From Malacoraja senta (taxonomy: Eukaryota): 64,000 nucleotides of DNA. This document shows positions 58,221 through 64,000 of this stretch, piece after piece. The translations under genes and the position numbers were made by a program. How positions within the stretch are numbered: position 1 is the stretch's first letter; every line of letters starts with the position of its first letter. Location of the stretch: NCBI GenBank assembly GCA_038087875.1, contig CM075994.1:4714001-4778000 (forward strand), read 5' to 3'. Below the pieces are notes generated by a model. The model saw only the letters and a program-made list of their open reading frames with translations. It was not told where the DNA came from and made no database searches.

Positions 58221-59193
58221 TCCGAGAAGACCTTTCCTGGGGCTCGGACTATCTGATCGCACTGATGATGTACTCACTGCGGCCTGGAGAGACAGTAAGA
58301 AGAAACAGTACATTTCCTATATTAAGAAATGGGAAGTGTTCTGTTCACAGTCTAAAATTTCGTACGACGCAGCACATGTAATCAATTTATTGAAGTTCCT
58401 CTCAAACAGTATTTTGATGAGAAGTTGAGTTATAGTGCTTTAATTTGTACCAGAAGTGCACTGTTGGCATATGTATGGCCAGGATCGGGACACCAATCTG
58501 TTGGGTCTCACCCTCTGATAACCAGTTTCATGAAGGGTATTTCCAACTCGAATCCTCCCAGGCCCAGATACTCGAAAAAATGGGATGTTGGCACGGTACT
58601 AACAATGCTTCGCAGGTGGGCGCCGTCAACATCTCTGTCCCTGGTTCAGCTCACTTACAAGGTAGTGATGCTCATGGCGCTGGTGTCAGCGCAACGCGTC
58701 CAGTCGTTGCATAAGCTGCGGCTGGATAGGATGATTATGTCTGCTAATAGTATCTCATTTTACGTGTATGATCTAGTCAAGCAGAGTAGACCAGGTACTT
58801 CCGGCCTCAAACTACATTTTGTGGCATACCCCTTGGACCTTCGGTTATGTGCGGTCATACACCTCCAACAATATATTAAGGTCACCACGAGCCTCAGGGG
58901 CTCGGAACTAGAAGTGCTTCTTAGTTTCAGGAAACCTCATACAAAGGTTTCAACACAGACCATTTCCAGGTGACTAAAACGGGTTCTGGCTTATGCGGGA
59001 GTAGATACTAACATTTTAAATCTCACTTCACCAGGGCTGCAACTACGTCAGCAGCGAGGGTTGTGGACGTCCCGCTGGACCATATCCTAGCGACTGCAGG
59101 ATGGTCACAAGAGCGCACTTTTCAGACGTTCTATAATAAACATATCGCCAGACCGGGGGAATGTGCCGACTCCATTTTAAGTTCTGTTTTATA
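58213..59193 (+). pseudogene. DIRS tyrosine recombinase ORF (disrupted)
   Basis: Catalytic signature: SAQRVQ (R), KSHFTRAA (HxxR), AGWSQERTFQTFY (W, Y). Confidence 0.92.
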
Positions 59194-61814
59194 GTTTCCC
59201 TTGGATGAGAGGGTTCTCTATAATTAGAATTTGTCCATTAAAGCATCGGCGTGTTTTAAAAATTGTCATGCCTGAATGCATTATGCTCTCATTCTTGGTC
59301 AACCAATAGAGTGTGTGGCATGGACTTGTGTCCACGGCATGAACTCACAGAGCTTTAAAATCTTCACGTAAACAACTCACGCGACTCCGAAGTAAAATAG
59401 TAAGATAAACGAGAATATACAGTTTGAAGTTTGATTTTGATTTTATGAGGAACTACGATGATGGATTCCGTGACCTCCGCTCCCAACACTCTTACCGTTG
59501 AGCTGGTAGACTCTCGAATCTTACTATATTCAGTTCAACAACTTTTATTCTGTGATTTCACACCACTGCTTTGAAAGTTGAGCGCATGCGGGCTGACGGG
59601 CTCTTCACGTAATCCCTCATCGTAAATCCTCATAAAATAAAGATCAAACTTCAAACTGGTAAGTTCCAGTTTAATCTTACTATTTTTAAATACTATGCAG
59701 TCGACCCCGGGCGGCGACCTGGGCTCACGGGGGGCCTCCAGAGTCCCAGTGGACACCGCGTGTTCTCTCTTCAAAGACACGCGAGCACGGGCGTAGGCCA
59801 CGAAGAGGGGCAGGCAGCTGACTCTGCTGCGACCATCGACCGCCCACTGCTTGTACGCACTGAGGGCCATCTTGACCAGTTCCAGGAGCAAACGACAGGG
59901 AGACGTCACATTCCCGATCCACCCTCCCCATTCCTGTCCTCCTGCATAAAGACCAGGATCATGGGCCTAAATTGCAACCAAAACTTGAGGAGCAGCCGCT
60001 TAAGATATTCGTACAAGGGCGGCAGGTTCTCACCCTCCACACAGGCAGAAGGCGAGTTTACTAAATGCCACGGCTACGTGCAACACTCTCTACCCCATGT
60101 CCCCAATGCAAAGGGGAGGACTCCCTCGTAGAAAGACCTCCACTGGTGTCCGCCCCCGTCATCAGGAGGTAGCACGGAACGCCATGGCATGTCCGGACGA
60201 AGACGAAGGCGAGGTGGTGTAGAGTGCGCAGGAGCATATCGTACAGTACACGTTTCTCTGGTTCATGAACGGCACACTAGGCATCACGGAACTGCGGCTC
60301 AAGTTGTGTAGGGCCAGCTCCCGGGACATATTTTGGAGCCTGGGCCCAATGCGCATTCCGGCGGAGCGGGGGAAAGTTCGGTCAGAATTACTCATAGCAC
60401 GCACCTCTCCACGACATCCACCGTGACAGGGTGAAGACTTAACCCCCTCGCAATACCAACACCCGCATCCCCCCTGAGGAGCAACGCGCTGGCTGTAGGT
60501 CACCAAATGCCTCACTCTTAGCGCATCACGCCAGACTCTGTGTGTCGGGTCGACTGATGCTCGCCACCGGGAGCCGCGAAACCACCAATAGGCAACGGCC
60601 CCGGCGGAAATAATACGTGGCAAAAGCGTGCCAATTGATAAGGTGCACCGCGTACACGTACCTCCACAGAGTCCTGAGATGGACAGCCGCTAACTGGGTA
60701 CGCACGCATACCAAGGACTGGCCACCGTTGTGTTTGCAAAGATAGTGGGCGGGAAAAGTGTGGCCAGCCGGTACCATAACATGGAGGTCACCAGCAGGTT
60801 TATGACCAGCACCTTACCTTGGAAATAAATACATTCTAAGCAAGCTTGATCTGCGTCCCAGCCGGCGACGGCTTTCGACTCCAGCTGCCAGTTCGCCGGC
60901 CAATCATCTCCATTGACCCTCTGATAGAACCCGCAGAAACATCTCCGGAGAAAAGATCCCATAAAATGACCGAACTAGCGCTAATTTTCTCTGGATCTGC
61001 GAAAGAGGATTATCCGCAAACAGCTCGATAAGCTCTTCGCGGGTTATCCACCTTTCCCCAGAAAGAAAAAGGAAGGTGAAGCTCGGTCCAGATCGTGCAT
61101 AATCTGGACTCGCGACCTCACGTAAGCACCTCGGACCGCTCGAGCTGCAGGTGTCTCAGAGCTTCCTTCCTCTCCTGATACTCTAACAACTCACATGAGT
61201 CCTCAGCAATCCGACATAAGCGGGACTCTAAGTCGTGTGACTCCCTCTCGATTCGCACTACCGCCGCGTCCCGCCTTCTGGTCGACCCCGACGTGCAATC
61301 CTGACAAAAGAGACGGATGTCCCTGTCCCACATCCCAACACTGCCGAAGGAAAGGGAAGCCCTGTGCCTCTCTCTCCACTTCACCCAAAACTGACTGAAT
61401 GACACCTGGAATCAACGATCCTCCAACAGTCGGTTATTAAAGTGCCAGTACGCGGACCCAGACCGTGCGCGCTGGGATAAAGTCTACTTGCACCGGTTAG
61501 TGATCCGTGCACGGCACCTGCCGGATAGCGGGCGCCGAGACACTAGAGACATAAGCTCCGGAGATATACATGCGATCGATACGGGAAACACCCCCTCAGA
61601 CATTCGCGAAAAAGCGTAGGAATCAGGGTAACGTTTCTGCCACGCATGAACCAACTCAAATGAGTCAATCAAACTTCTCAACTTCTTCGCTACTTCAGGG
61701 GCATATTCAATACCAGAGCGATCTCGCACTTCAAGGGTGCAATTAAAATACACCGCAAGGAAGACACACGCTCCGCAATCAAAAGTGTTCAGTAGAGCAG
61801 TCACCTCCTGAAGT

Positions 61815-61980
61815 CTTCTTCTTATCGAGTACACACACACACGATTATAAGTTGATCGGATAGAGCTAAACACATGTATCGGCATCTGCATACAATGGTG
61901 CCTGTATTGCGCTTCTTCTGCGTGGTGGTGGAGAGATTGATGCAAACAGAGCCGCGACGTAAACGCTCTTTCGTTGGCCA
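61815..61980 (-). mobile_element. Second short retroposon with (AAG)n tail and a degenerate HDV-like 5' fold, inserted in the Tx1 endonuclease
   Basis: 13-bp TSD CACCTCCTGAAGT at 61802-61814 and 61981-61993. Minus-strand tail GATAAGAAGAAG. 5' end GTGGCC-AAC-GAAAGA-GCG-TTTACGT-CGC-GGCTCT-G-TTTGCA-TCAA-TCTCTC. Confidence 0.8.
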
Positions 61981-63937
61981 CACCTCCTGAAGTAGCCACA
62001 TTAATTAAATGTAACGGCATGCCATTCAGGCTCAATGCCAGGTGGAGCAAACGGCCTCGAACAACTTCAGAATCTTTGGTTAGAAAGTAGTGGGTCAAAA
62101 GTAAGGCCACCACGCTCGAATTTGTGCGGTAGTGGCTCATATGCACCCACCTCCCCTGCTCGCCTCCCTATCCAGGACCCATGAGGGTTCATCACTGACA
62201 GCACTAAGCGTCTCTTGCAGAAAACTCACACAGTCCCCCACTCTGAGGACTGATATATGGTGAAATGTACGAAGGTCCCCCATTCGGCTATTTAGGTTTA
62301 GGGCGGCAACAGCGATATTCATATTGAAGACACACTAGGGTTTTTTTCTCACACTACTCGTAGAAGTGGGTCGCCTTTCTCATAGGAGCTCAAAATAGTG
62401 CCCGAACTGATTTCTCAGTCTCGAGTAGACCACTATCTTTACTGCGAAGGATACCATAAAGTTTCTGGAATTCCCGACAGGTCAGTTTGCCAGCTGACTG
62501 ATAATTGATTCTACTACCCTTGTTTACTTTCAGAATCTCCATAACCCGGACACTCGAGACACAGCAATGGTATCCGGGCATTCTGCTAAATCACTGAGAC
62601 CTGAAGCAACACCTTGCCCTTCACTACGCTCAAGGTCACCGTCTGAGTTCACAGGACTGCAGATGGCTGCAAGGACCTTCGTCCACTGCATAAGCTGGTT
62701 TCATCATCCCCTCCTCCGGAATGAACCCCCCCCCCCCCGAGATCAGTGTCGAGCGAGCGTCGCGATTACTCTGACAGCGTTGAATTCACCGATCGGTCAT
62801 GGATCGGATTTGCACGGTCGGTCTGTTTTCAGGCGGAGCTTGATAGATTATGATTAGTAACCTGATCAAAATTTCCAGGAGAAGCAGGAAAATTGAGTTT
62901 AGAGGTAAAGATAAATCACACATGATCGAATGGCAGAGAAGGCTCGATGGGCAGAATGTATGCTCCAAGAACTTCTTCCGGTCTTATGGTCTTATCGTCT
63001 TTACTTAAGAAATACATCGACTAATATTTCAATCATTGAGAAGATTACACGTTATTTATCGAAAGCGATATATATGCATATCAATGAACTTATCAAATGT
63101 ATCATAGGAACATGAAAACAATATTCTATTATCATGTCGTGGATTGAAAATGATAATAGAATATTGTTTTCATTTTCCTATGATACATTTGATATGTATA
63201 TGATATCCATATATATCGCACACCTAATAATTTTAGGGCATCTTTACATTTTTTTTATTTCTGCAAGAAATGTCAATGGTAAATGCAATCTATTTGATAT
63301 CGAAGTTGCAAAACGTAACTAGCAGCCTGCCGAAACAAAGAAGCAGATGGACTCTTACTGAAAGACAGTTGGAATCAGTAGACACAGTGATGCCTTTGTG
63401 ATTATTTCCAGATAAGTCAATATGCCGAAAGCAATTCAAAGCAGCAAAGAACATGGAATTAGCTTCTTTTTTTCTTGATCGCAAAATGCATTTTCATATT
63501 GCAGCGTAAACGTCATCATTCGGCTATAAAGTGTGCGGGAGATGAAAGAGAATGAAAGATCTCACTCTGTGTATCTAAATGCGCACTATGATAATTTGAA
63601 TGTTAGACACAGTGGTACGTATTCAGTTGTCGTTTTTAGAAAAATATTACAAGAAACGCAATCCAAAACGAAACGGAAGTGTCCCGACGTGTTAAGTTAG
63701 CAGGTGCATCCAAAGGTTGGCGGTGGCTTCGCTTCAACTTTTGTAATAGTTGACTCATGTGTGAAGTTAATTCTATTTGGTAATGGGGAGAGCAACTAAA
63801 TGGAGCAGCGTTATTTTAGTGACAGTATGATATATCACGGAAACATTCATTGGATGGGGGGCGGGGGGGGGGGGCTGAAGTGGCAATAAGTAACGGGAAG
63901 CATAGCGGAGACAATGACCTATGTTATTTATCTGTAA

Positions 63938-64000
63938 ATAGACCGAAGGGACAAGTTGTGTCCCGTCCCCTCAACACGTGCTTGCGGGGGCGGAGGCGGC
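63938..64000 (-). mobile_element. Helitron 3' end, truncated by the window edge
   Basis: atagaccgaagggacaagttgtgtcccgtcccctcaac is similar to the termini at 13345 and 11941. Confidence 0.6.

Larger units (their letters stand above)
53914..59685 (+). mobile_element. DIRS1-type tyrosine-recombinase retrotransposon, structurally complete, ORFs decayed
   Basis: Inverted terminal repeats (53944-53975 versus 59578-59609). ICR at 59361-59472 is complementary to both outer ends. TTT termini. Gag, RT/RNase H/methyltransferase-like and YR regions are present. Confidence 0.95.
53796..62330 (-). mobile_element. Degenerate Tx1/L1-like LINE split by a DIRS insertion (parts 53796-53913 and 59686-62330; may extend to ~62733)
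   Basis: APE motifs LNLN, FLQET, GRLLHL, FNCTL and YWHFNN. C-terminus REHAVSTGTLEA...VDCIVFKN continues across the DIRS as CTMLI*, followed by AATAAA and A10 at 53796-53805. Much of the RT is deleted. Confidence 0.85.

Overview
Repeat-dense eukaryotic (vertebrate) genomic DNA. The CR1 LINE types, Helitrons and Penelope-type tail suggest a cartilaginous fish such as a skate or ray; this is inference, not a database result. Most of the window is nested mobile DNA. It includes several CR1 LINEs, one with an intact zinc-finger/SGNH-esterase ORF1 and an 800-aa RT ORF, and a decayed autonomous Helitron (18130-32586) plus many non-autonomous Helitrons, some joined head to tail. It also holds a structurally complete DIRS1 element inserted in a Tx1-like LINE, and two copies of a ~1.04-kb TIR element with 7-bp TSDs. 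There are microsatellites, minisatellites and two 200-N gaps. Two signals are not explained by the ORF track. First, two unrelated short retroposons (about 143 and 166 nt) have (AAG)n tails and TSDs, and their 5' ends fold as minimal HDV-like ribozymes; the one at 37245-37298 looks fully intact. Second, a chain of at least 12 symmetric phase-1 microexons (seven of exactly 27 nt) runs along the minus strand over 41 kb. Spliced together they give an open, charged, coiled-coil-like peptide, downstream of decayed NLR-type LRR segments.
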